Source: Octopus vulgaris (Eukaryota). Taken from it: 62,000 nt of DNA. Position numbers and translations under genes: made by a program. Below, piece by piece: positions 25,661 through 39,050 of this stretch; the first letter of the stretch is position 1, and every line of letters starts with the position of its first letter. Location: positions 38,274,001 to 38,336,000 of the forward strand of contig OX597823.1 in NCBI GenBank assembly GCA_951406725.2, read 5' to 3'. The notes beneath the pieces are model-generated. The model was not told the DNA's origin. It searched no databases and saw only the letters and a list, made by a program, of their open reading frames with translations.

Positions 25661-26119
25661 CTTCATGACATTCATTTTACAGGATTCTGGTTCTGCCAGT
25701 TTATTTTACCTTTCCTTTCCTTTTCTTAGACATTTGGTGTGATTTGTCATATGCTCTCAGTTTTCTGAATTTTTTTTTTTTTTGATAGGGAAGAGTCTTA
25801 ACAAATATTTTTTAATCTTATCAGTGATGCTTTTTATTTTATGACCCAGAATCAACCATGCCCGACAGAACAGCAGTTGATGTGTCTGGGAATGAAAATA
25901 AAGTTAAAGTTTAAAAAAAGTCACAATTTTGGTTATGAAATAAATTACAGAGAAAATATCACATTTCATATAAATACCATAAATGATAGAAGAGTTTAGC
26001 TTGTGTATGTTTAGCTTGTCTTTCTTGTCCTAAATTCTATATTCTCTATTAAATTGAGGAGAGAATGTACATCTTCTACACACAGATCTCAGAGTTCTAA
26101 TTAGAGTTAGGGCTTTTAC

Positions 26120-26275
26120 AGTTGTTTGGGGAGCTAGGTAAACATCTAATTTAGACAATGGTGCTTAGGGAGCTAGATAAACACTTTTTCCAGACAATGT
26201 TGTTTGGGGAGCTAGATAAACATCCAATACCAGGCAATGGTGTTTAGAGAGTTAGACAAACTGATATCCTAGATT
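26120..26275. repeat. Minisatellite of about 40 bp, about 4 units
   Basis: GGAGCTAG(A/G)TAAACA...AGACAATG(G/T)TG recurs. Confidence 0.8.
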
Positions 26276-26839
26276 ACACGTAAGTGTACATAAATTATCT
26301 TTAATTCAATTCAATACCCTAAATAAATCAACAAAATTAAAAAGTGTTATAAAATCAATTTATTGATTGAATTTGAATGATTTTTTTTTCCTGTGACACT
26401 TTTCTGCAATTTCTGTAACTTTTATTCTTAGGTCTGATATATATTGTATGATTGTAACAATGCTCATGATCTATTCTTAGTCTCAAATGTTGTTAGATTT
26501 CACAAATATTTCCTTTGTCTGAGCCATTTCATACCTTTGTGCTCTTTTTTTAATTAATGTCACTAATATACTAGGTTTCCTTCAATCAACAATAAATCTC
26601 TACTTACATTCAAAACCATTTTATTTAAATAACAGAAACCATTATTCATTCATTTGGTAGACCCCTAAAATATTGATTTCCCAAATCTCTCTCAATATAA
26701 AATTCTTTGTTTGTCTGTGTCTTCCCTAATCATTCTCAAACAGCTCCACCAAATCAAATTTTATAGGTGTCAACAGGTAATTTTTATTTTCATTTGGATT
26801 TAAACAATATAATATTTTCTCAAAAATGATCTTTCTGTA

Positions 26840-27470
26840 GTAAAGGACATTTTATACCACGATGATGATGACATATATTTCGTATATGAGTGTGTATGTG
26901 TCTGTCAGTGTATGCATGTTTGTTATGTACAAGATAGTAAAGGATGTTTTATACCCTGATGACGACAATAACAACACATTTTGTATATGAGTGTGTATGT
27001 GTCTCTCAATGTGTGTCTATTTGTGCATTCGTTACGTATGACATAGTAATGGGTATTTTATACCACCACCACCACCACCACCACCACCACCACCATGACA
27101 CATTTTGTATATGAGTGTGTATGTGTTTGCTCATTCATTAAGTACAGGATAATAAAGGACATTTTATACCATGACAATATCGATGACACATTTTATATAT
27201 GAGTGTGTATATGTTTGTCAGTGTGTGTGTGTTTGTGTGTTCATTATGTACGACATAGCAAAGGATATTTTATGTCACCACCACCACCACCACCACCACA
27301 CATTTTGTACATGAGTGTATATATGTCTGTGAGTGTGTGTGTTTGCATGTTCATTACATACAATGACATAGTAAAGGACATTTCATACCATGACGACGAC
27401 GATGACACATTCTGTATATGAATGTGTGCGTGTCTGTGAGTGTGTGTGTTTGCACATTTGTTACATAAAT
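26840..27470. repeat. Composite minisatellite of about 105 bp, 6 units, adjacent to the Helitron remnant
   Basis: Unit AGGACATTTTATACCA-(GAT/CAC)n-ACACATTTTGTATATGAGTGTG-(TG)n-ACATAGTAA starts at about 26842, 26940, 27050, 27157, 27261 and 27373. Confidence 0.88.
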
Positions 27471-27584
27471 GTATGTCTGTGTGTGTCTGTCTTACTATAT
27501 GCATGTGAGTGTATGTGAGAGTGCATGTGTGTGTCAGTGTATGTGAGAGTGTATGTGTGTGTCAGTGTATGTGTGATTGTCAAT

Positions 27585-28345
27585 TACACTGATGTAAGCT
27601 GGCTATGTGAAAGAGCTATACTGGCTCCAACTAATGAAATGGTTGATAAGCTCAATCACGAACTTCAAAAGTTAACAGACACTTCAGAAATTACTTTTCC
27701 ATCAATTCACACAATAGTCAATCAAAATTAGACTGTTGAAGACCCTGTTGAATTTCTGGACACACTTAAACCCACTGAGCTGCCACCACATAACTTGGCA
27801 CTAAACTGGATGCTCCCATTATATTGCTTAGGAATCTTGACCCACCTTGCCTGTGTAATGGAACTCACATAATTGTTACTTCCATGTCCAACAGGCAACA
27901 ATCATAACAGGTAATCACAAAGAAGAAAATGTATTTATTCCAAAATTTCCTCTTATACCCATTTAAGAGGCTTCAGCTTCCAGTCAAACTAAGTTTTGGT
28001 ATTTCAATTAACAAATCTCAGGGTCAATCCCTCAAGGTAGTTGGACTTCATCTCTCTACTACATGCTTCTCCCATAGTTGCTCATGATTTGGAAGCAGCA
28101 ACAGTTTATTCATTTCGATACCAACAAAAAATTACACAATGAATATTGTTCATCTGAGGTGCTTCAAGATTGACAGACTTTCAATTCTAAATCCTATTAT
28201 CATTACAATTTAGATATTTTAAAATAATTTTTTAAATAAAATATAGATATTTTGAAATGATGATGAGAAAAGTATATCTTCATATTTATTGTTCACCAAT
28301 CTGAATAAGAACAGCAGTAACCCAGGCAATGTCAGGTAATTCAGG
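27585..28345 (+). mobile_element. Helitron 3' remnant (PIF1-family helicase C-terminus plus terminal hairpin)
   Basis: WLCERAILAPTNEMVDKLN, LPPHNLAL, IILLRNLDP..LCNGT, INKSQGQSLKVVGL. Degenerate subterminal hairpin ACCCAGGCAATGTCAGGT at 28320-28337; terminal CTAG not preserved. Confidence 0.9.
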
Positions 28346-28399
28346 AAATCATAAATTTTCTTATCTCAGTTACTATCTTTAATCTATACCCTATTTTAT

Positions 28400-28945
28400 A
28401 TGATAACATATCTATTCATTCTCAATATGTTCTGACAGATTCAAACAAGAATAACTTGATTGCTGTTATTTTCATCATTGGAAAACATCTCCATTTAGAT
28501 GATGTCTTTTCAAAACTATGTGTGATTCACTATTATAATGGAAATTTGGGATGCCACTGTGTTTCAACCTTATTGTGTGTCTCCTCAGTCAAAGGTACTC
28601 CACTCGACCAATGAATCTGACAAGAGTACAGGTCTCTTGTTTATAGAAATCAACAAACAAGTTTGCTTCAGCAAAGAATTTGTTCGCTGATTCCTTTAAA
28701 CAAGAGCTTATACTCATCTGGTTCATTGATTTGGGGATAGCTTTTGACTGAGGAGACACAAAATATGGCTGAAGCACTAGTGTCTCAAACTCCACAAACA
28801 GTGGTGAATCACATATGTTATGAACACACATTATATAAAGGGAGGAGATGTTACCTAATGACAAAAAAAATTAAGATGTTAGCAATCAGATATTTACCAT
28901 TTGAATTTTTCAGGACATGTTGAGAATGAATAAATATATTATTGC
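28400..28945. repeat. Imperfect fold-back palindrome of about 545 bp
   Basis: Centre TTTGC-TTCA-GCAAA at 28662-28675; perfect 18-bp arm match TGTGTCTCCTCAGTCAAA; outer match TATTCATTCTCAA(T/C)ATGT. Confidence 0.85.
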
Positions 28946-29399
28946 AGAGTTCTGTGTGCTCCTTGTCAACTATTTTATATGATGCCTTAGAAGCAAGGTC
29001 TTTTCCTGTTTTACCTCAGAGGTTCATTCCTTAGAATGGATGCAATATAGGCAAATAGCCAAAAAGTTCATTTTGCAATCATGAGATTAGGGGTTTAATC
29101 CCACTGAGTAGCACCTTTGGCAAGTGTTTTACCTGGGTCAAAGAAAACCTTGTGAGTGAAAGTAGGTTGATGAAAACTATATTAAACCCCAAAGAAGTGA
29201 TTGTAAATATAATTCAAAGGTACATATTTGTCATACACTGATTCTGTCTAAGGAAAATGTTAAGTGTACATGGATCCATGGAACATTTAGCTAATCCAAT
29301 GAACAAATGAATCAGTTGAGCAAACAAGTGAAATCTCATTGTTGGAACCAATGCTGAACGATTTTGCACATTTCTACACATTTTAGTTCTAGAAATGGT

Positions 29400-29627
29400 T
29401 TAACCCTTTAGTGTTTAAACCGGCCATATCCAGCCCAAATATTCTACATGTTTTATATTCAAACTGGTGATATCTAACCGCTCACACCTAACCTACATTG
29501 ACATTCTAAAAATAAACAATCACATCATTGAAACCCCAAAGCTATCAGATAATGCTTGATTAATTCAAAACAATTTGAGTGAAAAAGCATTACATTTAAC
29601 AGAGTAATCTGAATACTAAAGGGTTAA
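29400..29627 (+). mobile_element. piggyBac-type MITE
   Basis: TTAA-CCCTTTAG...CTAAAGGG-TTAA; homologous copies at 36492-36720 and 55059-55287. Confidence 0.85.
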
Positions 29628-30235
29628 AGCTCACACACAACAATATAGCAGACAGAACATGAATTTGTCCTCACTAGTTTGATGTAAAACTCCATAATGA
29701 TATTTAAAATGTCTTAGTTGTTTAATCAATTTGATACCAGCCTCATTAGTACCGTCTCTGGTTTTATGATAAAAACTTCCTGTTTTAAAGTCATCTCAGT
29801 TAAAACCTTCCATGAAAATTTCATACTATGCCTCAAGCACTAGTTTGCTAATGACAAAGTTATCTAATTAAATTCTTCATTAATTAAAAAAAGTAATTTC
29901 CATAGAACTATTGTAACAAAAGGGTTAATTCACTGCACCAAAACAAAAATTAGTCATAAGACACCTACTTCTGGTATCTACTGAACATCTATATCTAACA
30001 CAGACAATATGATTTGTGTCTGACTTATTTCGATACTTAATTCATATCTTATTTGTTTTTATTTCATTTTATATGCAGTTTCTGCATCAAATTGATTAAA
30101 TACTTGGCAACAACTAACTGGATGGGCTGGAACAGTTTAAAACATCTTTTCTGTAATGTTTTCATATTTGGACATAAAAAACGACTGCTTTGACTCTAAC
30201 ATGTCTAAAGGAGGGTGTGGAGGCAAATTACATAT

Positions 30236-30276
<41 letters not shown>

Positions 30277-30589
30277 GAATGTTTGGGATAAATTTGAGGA
30301 GTTTTTTATGTCTCCTTTTTTCAGAAATAGCTTCATGTATTGGTGAGTAGTCAATGGTGTTGGAGAGCATAACGCCTAAAGTTGTAGTCGAGAAAAAGTT
30401 AGCTGACTTAAAGGACTGGAAGACATTTGAATATTGGGAAAGAGTTACTTGTATCATAATGCTGGCATTATGACTGTTGCTCAATGTTCTGTATACGCTG
30501 TAAGATGTGACATGGACATCATGAAAACTGTAACAGTCACTGTGTGTCTCTAGTGAGAGTGATAGCATGCTGTCCCACATCTTTGAACA

Positions 30590-31320
30590 GCTCAGTTTAG
30601 GCAAGTATATGATATCTGCTGGAGACTGTGTGCAATGCCTTGTTGAACAGGATTGCTGCTAGAAGGCCATAAATGTGGCAGCAGGATCTGGTTTCTTATT
30701 TCTTTACTGCTCACAAGGGGCTGCACACAGAGGGGACAAACAGGAACAGACAAATGGATTAAGACGATTATATCGACCCCAGTGTGTAACTGGTACTTAT
30801 TTAATCGACCCCAAAAGGATGAAAGGTAAAGTCTATCCGGGCGGAATTTGAACTCAGAACGTAGCGGCAGACGAAATACTGCTAAGCATTTCGCCCAACA
30901 TGCTAACGTTTTTGTCAGCTTGCTGCCTTGGATTGCTGCTAGAAGGCCATATATGTGGCAGCAGGATCTGGTTTCTTGCTCTACCTTTGGAAATAGTCAA
31001 AGTGGTTGTTAGAAAATTTCTATGACTTCAATAGCTCCAATTTCTGGCTTCCTAATTCCCTTGATTGTAATCCCATGGAATACTATGTGTTAGATGCAAT
31101 TTGAGAAAGACACCAACTGCTCTACTTACAGCACCAAGGCTGAGCTGGTAGCCAAGATCAAGGAAGTGCTTCAAGTTCTTCTTAGGAATGCAGTGAAGAA
31201 TGCCTGCACTAGGTTTGGAGCCATCTTGAGGACGTGGTGGAAACTGAGGGTGGCTACATTGAGTAAACTGTTATCTTCCTGCCATAACCTTGAATAAAGT
31301 GGCATAAGATTGTCAATAAA
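30590..31320 (+). mobile_element. maT/rosa-like Tc1/mariner transposase 3' fragment
   Basis: RRPYMWQQD...NFWLPNSLDCNPMEYYV...TKAELVAKIKEV...NACTRF...EGGY. Confidence 0.75.
30698..30929 (-). mobile_element. SINE flanked by a 48-bp direct duplication
   Basis: Head and body like the 20536 family but a different 3' end; 30650-30697 and 30930-30977 differ at one base. Confidence 0.88.
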
Positions 31321-31597
31321 GTTGTATAGGATTGTCAACCTTTGGATTAGAATGTGTACTACAACTGGTTTAATAATAATTGACTAAATGCATCAGAATA
31401 TGATATTAAAGGACCCAGCAGAAACATGTGTTGAAATATAATATGAAAAAAATTTAATTTTTTTAAAGTGAATTTTAAAGATGTGTAGCTCTCTATTCTT
31501 CATTATTATTGTCTTGATATAAGACAGTGAGTGAGTAGAATCGTTAGCATGCCAGGCAAAATGCTTAGTGGCATTTCAGTATATATATATATATATA

Positions 31598-31922
31598 AAC
31601 CATCTTCTGCAAGTTCTTTCATTCAAGCATTCTTTCCCATAAACTGAGTATATGTTTTGAGTCGCTTCAGCTGCAGAGTTTCCTTTTTTGTACTCATAAA
31701 GCATTATGTACCTCAAATGCTCTTTGGATACTTTCATGTTAGAAAGGGTTTTATTCAAAGACATTTTAATTCTATTATTCTGTAAAATAATATTTCATTA
31801 ATTTAAATGTACACAAATGCATAAAAATAATTTTTAATTCCATTAGACATTCTAAAATACTATTAAATTTCATTCAATTTTTAAAAAAGGTAAAATCAGA
31901 CAGAAGTTATGGGATGACCTGA
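31598..31922 (-). mobile_element. Mariner family C 5' fragment
   Basis: Same TIR as 17840 in reverse; MKVSKEHLRYIMLYEYKKGNSAAEATQNI. Confidence 0.9.
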
Positions 31923-32194
31923 TATATAGAGAGAGATACATTGGTGGCAAAATATAAAGTTATTATTTCTTGAAGCATATTATATTTTTTCTATTATAAT
32001 TTATAGAAAACTTTTTCTTTGGGACATAGATTCTGAAAGCCTAACTTGTTTCTCTCGAGGATGCAACGTTTCAGAGTTTTTCTGGGGTAAACTCATGTAC
32101 GTAACTACATACATTTGCATTTATATAGTAGAATATAGCCACACACATACTCATACATACACGTTTGTGTTTGCGTGTGTGTGTGTGTATGCAC

Positions 32195-32526
32195 ATATAG
32201 GGGTCACACCTTTGGTCATGAATGACCATGGAACAGCACCTAGAAAGTAACCCTCTGAGGCACAGGTCCGAGCAAGATTGTTTATGGAAGACCAGTGGTC
32301 AGTTATGCATACCAGCCTCTCCACTCCATGCCACCGATGTTATCCAAGGGAAAGGCAAAGGCCAATATAGCTTGGCACCAGTGATGTCACAACTCATTTC
32401 TATGGCTGAGTGAACTGGAGCAACATGAAATAAAGTGTCTTGCTCAAGAACACAACATGCAGCATGACCTGGGAATCAAACTCACAACCTCACAATCGTA
32501 AGCTCGAAGCTATAACCACTGAACCA

Positions 32527-32530
<4 letters not shown>
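32195..32530 (-). mobile_element. tRNA-headed SINE sharing the TTGCTCCAGTTCACTCAGC core with 15314
   Basis: Head and core visible in reverse complement; different 3' half. Confidence 0.7.
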
Positions 32531-32568
<38 letters not shown>

Positions 32569-32711
32569 TCCACCTATCCATCCAGCTGTACATACATACA
32601 TACATACACACATGCATACATACATACATACATACATACATACATACATACATACATACATACATACATAAACATATATATATATCATCATCATCATCAT
32701 CATCATCATCA

Positions 32712-33085
32712 TCGTTTAACGTCCGTTTTCCGCGCTAGCACGGGTTGGACGGTTCGACCGGGGTCTGGGAAGCCAGAGGCTGCACCAGGCTCCAGTCTGA
32801 TCTGGCAGAGTTTCTACAGCTGGATGCCCTTCCAAACGCCAACCACTCCATGAGTGTAGTGGGTGCTTTTTACGTGCCACCTGCACAGGTGCCAGGGGGG
32901 TCCGGCATCGGCCACAATCGGTTGGAACTTTTAACGTGCTACCGGCACGGAAGCCAGCCAAGGCGGTGCTGGCAACGGCCACGTTTGGATGGTGCTTTTT
33001 ATGTGCCACCAGCACAGAAGCCAGTCGGGGCGGTGCTGGCATCGGCCACATTCGGATGGTGCTTTTTATGTGCTACCGGCACATA
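32712..33085 (-). mobile_element. RTE-tail short element with about 63-bp internal tandem repeats
   Basis: (CAT)n tail; GGTGCTTTTTA(C/T)GTGC(C/T)ACC repeated; homologous to 58010-58310 and 59400-59597. Confidence 0.85.
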
Positions 33086-33168
33086 TATATATACACACAC
33101 ACATACATAGAGAGATAGAGGAATGGAGAGTCAAGCTTTCAAATGTTTAAATTCAATACATGTATTTA

Positions 33169-33207
<39 letters not shown>

Positions 33208-33829
33208 TAGATATGTTGTAAAGACATTTCATAGAGATAAAACAACAGTTTAGCTCATACAAAAATGTGAAAAATGTGTCTATTTTTTAAGGAAAGATCA
33301 ATCACAAATGTTGTTTGTTATGAAAATAATGGAAAAGCTCTCAAGGGAAACTTCAACAACAAATAGCTGCATCATTATGTACATGTCATTCTGCATAGGT
33401 GAGTTATTGTGAGAAGTATAGAGTTCTTTTCATAGTCAAACAATTCTACAATTCATGCAGACACACACATATCCACAAAAAAAAAATGGTTTGAAAAATA
33501 TATAAAATCCAAACACACCACACCCAAAACATGGCACTGCATTAGTAACAGAGCTAAGTGCATACACAGAGTGATATATTTCTATTTTTATAGAAATACG
33601 GGTTTTTTCTCTCAGACAATGTTGAAAGCTGCTTAGCATAGGTCAAAGACTGATGGTTAGATTTGTTTTGTAATGAAAGTTAGCAAGATTTTAAGATATT
33701 CCCTAAATACATCAACTGGCACTTGACTCTTGAAGCTGAAATTTTAGATTATAACATCTTAATAAATACCCTGGCACAGATATCGAATATTCTCCTTCTT
33801 ATCTACTATATTACCACAATTATACATAT

Positions 33830-34262
33830 ATATCTTTTATCTTTTGTCTTTATATATATATAATTTTTTGTCTTTTATCTGTTTCAATTATTAGATTGAG
33901 GTCATGCTGGGGCACTACCTTGAAGAATTTTTAGTCGAATGGATTGACCTCAGTACTTATTTTTAAGTCTGGTACTTATTCTATTGTCTCTTTTTGTCGA
34001 ACTGCAAAGTTACAGGGATGTAAATAAACCAAGCGGTGATGGGGGACAAACACAGACACAAAGACACTTCCCCCACACACATACACACAACCACACACAT
34101 ATGATGGGCTTCTTTCAGTTTCTGTCCACCAAATCCAGTCACAAGGCTTTGGTTGGTCTGAGACTATAGTAGAAGACACTTGCCCAAGGTGCCTCACCAC
34201 TGGACTGAACCTGGAACCATGTGGTTGGGAAGCAATGATTCTAATTACACATCCATGCCTAG
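33830..34262 (-). mobile_element. SINE (3895 family)
   Basis: Complete head, core and tail in reverse complement. Confidence 0.85.
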
Positions 34263-34389
34263 ACCTATATAAATATACATATGCATACACACACACACAC
34301 ACAGATACACATATATATTCTCTTTCATTTAGTTCTCCATTAGTTTTGTCCAGAAGCTGTGGCCATGCTGGGGCATTGCCATCAGCATT

Positions 34390-34895
34390 AATGCTTGTTT
34401 ATTTTGGCCTTTTTTTCCGGACCTAGCTCTGGAATTGGCCCTGAAGTAGTGATCTGGACAGAGCTGCCCATCTTTACATTTCTTGCTGTGATAGGGGTTT
34501 TTGAGGTATCTCAAAAAAGAATTTGTCTAAATGTTCTATGAACACATCCTGTCTATTTCTTGTATATCTCTGAGGTCTTTTAGTATTGAAAAGTTGCAGT
34601 CCTTTGAACTGTAAGCTGTTAGAATATATGCTGGATTGAGAGGGTGAGATTTTTGGTACTATGCAGTGACATCCAGTCTGGTTATTGGTATAGATTTCAA
34701 TTCCAAAGTTGGATGCTACACCTTGTAGGACCTTCCGTGGATATATAACTGCATATCTTTCACTTTCTATTTCTAGGGAGTAGAACCTCAGTCCTTTTAG
34801 CCTGCTCCAAGTAACTCACCTGTTGCCACAAGGCAATCTTCTTGGTGTTGTGGCATTGATTGCCTTAAGTTCTGCTTCTGAAGTTAGGTTAATGC
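34390..34895 (-). mobile_element. CR1-like LINE 3' fragment, old relative of 60180-62000
   Basis: Reverse complement aligns to about 61520-61950 (LRFYSLE...RYAVIY...NFGIEIYTN). Confidence 0.75.
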
Positions 34896-35229
34896 TTACA
34901 CCACCACACCCACCATCATCATTTAATGTCCTTTTTCCATGCTGGCATGAGTTGCATGATTTGTCAGGAGCTGGCAAGTGGGCCACCCTTCCTAACACCA
35001 ACCACTTTACAGAGTATACTGGGTACTTTTAACATGGCATCAGCACCAGTATCGGTTCTGCTGTGGTAAATGGGTCTTCTTGAGTACAGCAACTTACTAG
35101 GTATCTTGGTCCTTTGCCATCTTCATAAGGCTCAGTGTCTTGAGATTGGCCTTCAGTACTTTATCCCATATCTTCCTGGGTCCCTTCTTTCACAAGTTCC
35201 ATCTTTCACAAGTTCCACTTTAAGTGATA

Positions 35230-35830
35230 AAGTCTTCTGTATGCAACTGCTTACATCCATACGCATCCTTTATTGCTGAGCATTTTCTCTCAGATATCCA
35301 GTTCTTGGGTGCAGTCTGTCTAAGAGTGTCTTAATTTCAAGGCTGCTCTATCAAATCAATTCTGGTACTTATAGTGAAGCAGGATATGCATGCAACTTGA
35401 GGTCCCTCTAATATGCCTCACTATTTTGTGATATTTAGTGGCATCTAAGAGCTAACATCATTGGTGATCCTCAATTTTCAATCACATGATATTTATACAT
35501 TTGAGAACTCTAATATTTTGATGTTATTTTGAAAAATACTTTCTGAAATTTTGAAAGATACTTTCTGTCCAACAGACAACAGGTGGTATGGAATAAACAA
35601 GTGAGAGCAAAATCTCCTTTCTAACATATTTTCTGGTGTTTATGAAACTAATTAAATATAAGTCTATGGGTCCAATATGCATCCAAGTTGTTTCATGATT
35701 ATTCATTTGTTGGAAAAATGAGTTTGTAACAGAAAAGTCAAGTTCATTATAAAAAGACAGCAGATGCTGTACATTGTTAATCAATCTAACCACACCATGT
35801 TTGCCAATCACATCAGACTGATTCTCATAA
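35230..35830 (-). mobile_element. RTE (BovB-like) LINE relic with large internal deletion
   Basis: IGKHGV...SVTNSFFQQ..HETTWMH is an APE endonuclease segment; the adjacent sequence resembles the RT C-terminus. Confidence 0.7.
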
Positions 35831-36491
35831 CTAGAACCTAGTTTAATACAGAGGTATTAAAGCCACCAAGCAGTAGGAACTTTGTTATTAGGTGGGTTTT
35901 TTTTTTGTGTATGTGTGAAACGACAAACAGTAAACTACCATTAAAAAAATGTCTACATTGAATAAACTGAGTTTTCCACCCTCAGATCTAACTTCTATGT
36001 CACAATAAATAACTTTTATGTCACAATAAATTTTCTACCTCACCTTATCCAGTAGAACATGTAGATTTCTAGTATTTCTCCTTCTTTGACTGCCAAGAAA
36101 ACAAGTTTCACTGAGAGCAGCATTATTAATACTATATTTGATTAAGACTTGTGAGACAAGAGTCTTCTTCCTCTCAAACCAGAAAGCATCATCTTAAAGA
36201 GTTGGCATATTCCAAGACCCAACATTCAATTGCTTCTAGCAGTTTACTTAGAATCTTTTAGAGTATTTCATCATCGTCGTTATTGCTGTCGCTGTCATCG
36301 TTGTTGTCACTATCACCATCACTGTTGGTGATGGCAGTACTGTCACTGTTGCTGTTGCTTGTCGCTATTGCTGTTGCCATTGTTATCACCGTTGCTATTG
36401 CTATTGCTGTCGCCATCTCTATTGCTGTTGCCACTGCTACCCCCTCTGCTGCTGCCTTTGCTGCTCTTGTCATCGTCATCATCATCATCAT

Positions 36492-36720
36492 TTAACCCTT
36501 TAGCATTTAAACCGGCCATATCCGGGCAAAAGTATTCTACCTGTTTTATGTTCAAACTTACCAGATCTGGTCTCTCACACCAACCCTACAATATCGTTTT
36601 AAAAATTAACAGCTACCTCATCAAAATCTCATAGCTACAAGATAATGCATGATTAATTCAAAACAATGTGGATAAAAAAGCATTAGTTCTGGCAGAATAA
36701 TGTGAACACTAAAGGGTTAA
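36492..36720 (+). mobile_element. piggyBac-type MITE
   Basis: TTAA-CCCTTTAG...CTAAAGGG-TTAA. Confidence 0.87.
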
Positions 36721-37349
36721 AGTCTGCTTTTCATGCTGGCATGGGTAGGATGGTTCAACAGGATCTAGTGAACTAAAGGACTGCATCAAGCTCCCATGTC
36801 TGCTTTGGTATTTCAACTGCGGGATGCCCTTTCTAACATCAACTGCTTTACAGTGTATATCAGTGTATGTATGTCAGGGTAGTGGATGCGCGGTCATAGG
36901 ATCGTGGTTTTGATTCCAGGCATTGTGAGTGTTTATTGAGCAAAAAGACCTAAAGCTCCATGCATGTGTGTGTGTGTATACAGTAAGATAATAAAATGGT
37001 TAGAATGCAGCAGCAAGAATTTTGGAGAAAGTGTAATTTGAGAAGATGTAATTGATGTTGTTGTTGTTGTTAAGCAACAAGATGGGTAAGGGTGATTAGG
37101 TGATGGTCTAGGGCTTAGGGGCGGGAGACCCCAGACCTTGGAAAAAAAACTTTGGTTGTCTTGTTGTAGTTGAGGGGGCTCTTTGTTGACACCCGACATC
37201 ACTGGGAGGTGTCCCTCGAAGTTGCTAGAAATGGAGATCTCCAGGTCCAAATTCTTGAACGGCAGATGTAATTGATGGAGCACAATGTCTCATGTGCAAG
37301 CTTTCTACGTATGTATCTATCTTTCTATCTATCTATCTATACACATACA

Positions 37350-37845
<496 letters not shown>

Positions 37846-37989
37846 TATACAGTAGGTACAAATGAAAGAAAATTGCTCTCAACACATGGGAATTAAAAGT
37901 AGTTATTTGCAGGTTGACTTTACTCCTCATTATTTAGAGTTTCATAGACACAGATCAATACTGAAGCTCTCAGATGCTTAACGACAAGG

Positions 37990-39045
37990 TGAGAATATAT
38001 AAAAATGGCTTCTAAATGGGAATAAATAGGGTCCAACACAGATCACTCTAGCTTATGTGAATAAATCGGCAATACAGCAACAGATAATCCTGTTTGTGGT
38101 TCCATGTGATAGGGAGAACAGTCTAATAATGCCAACCACTTGACAACCTATGGGTATTTCCAACTTAATGACTTTGGTTAAGAATGAGATGTATGTCTGC
38201 TGTTCTATATAGCAGAGTTTTTTTATCTTTGTATGTTAGATATATAATGTATTGAAACTGGTGGGGAAAGAAAGTACTTACATGATGCAATACTATTACT
38301 ATTACACCAGACTCAACACTCTGAACCATGGCACACAGTGAACTGCTTACCAACTTGAACTGCCAATTGCTCACAGTTCTTTAATTTATAACAATGAGTC
38401 AGTCCACCTTTAGTCACTTGAGGGATGATCAGAATCCTTCCATAACACAAAGTAACAAGTCAGGTGTTGTCAGGTTATTTATAAGTGTATAAGAAATGTT
38501 ACATGAAAATTTAGGCCTGCTGTGTCGGGTTACTGGATGATGCTTCTGTGACTAGGTTTTAGGTCTGGTAGGCCACTATGATGGTCAGCAGAAAGGGGAC
38601 TAATCTCACTATGAGCAAGCAGGACTTCTTTACAATGCAATTTGATAAGGGCCAGCTAGATTTATGATGATTTTTCTGCTTTATCAGCAGCCAATAGTTT
38701 ACATGGCAACAATTTAATAGATTAGTTTTCTTGATGATGAATAGTGTTGGCAGCTGCAGTATATGCAGTTCCTCACAGAGCTAGAGATGGTTATTAGAAG
38801 CTTCAAGTGAGGAAGGCAGCTCTCTGTCAAGGTGTTCTATGTAATTTTGGAGAAGTCATTTTCAAGGAGTTTCTAGATGAAGGAAAGATGGAATTTTCCC
38901 TATCCCTGTATCAGAAGGAGTGCCTATGTAGTGTAAATCTTCCTTTGAAATTACTAGCTGTTATGCTTGGAAATTTTGTTATAATATCATCAGATTGTGT
39001 GAGGATATTTCTTTGTATCATGATCTTTGAATAGTAGGATGCTCA
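37990..39045 (-). mobile_element. Highly decayed non-LTR retrotransposon (endonuclease to RT junction), probably RTE-like
   Basis: Broken frames with an SADH (SDH-like) motif and a segment resembling the NYRGITLLS region. Confidence 0.45.
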
Positions 39046-39050
39046 TGGTG

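Noticed and set aside
26120-27470. CRISPR-like repeat-spacer appearance
   Set aside because: Units are degenerate tandem repeats with related, not unique, spacers, in a eukaryotic context with no cas genes.
28589-28864. 91-aa minus-strand ORF
   Set aside because: Lies inside the fold-back palindrome; no domain motif.
30137-30604. 155-aa minus-strand ORF
   Set aside because: No recognisable motif, runs into a (TG)n tract, no splice or codon support.
24575-33399. Plus-strand exon candidates 24575-24604, 30325-30342 (EIASCIG) and about 33291-33399
   Set aside because: Good AG/GT contexts but no recognisable peptide and no consistent chain; they conflict in strand with the stronger candidates.
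34815-34878. Apparently perfect exon (CTAACTTCAG...CAG|GTGAGT)
   Set aside because: The sequence is the decayed CR1-like LINE segment homologous to about 61520-61590.
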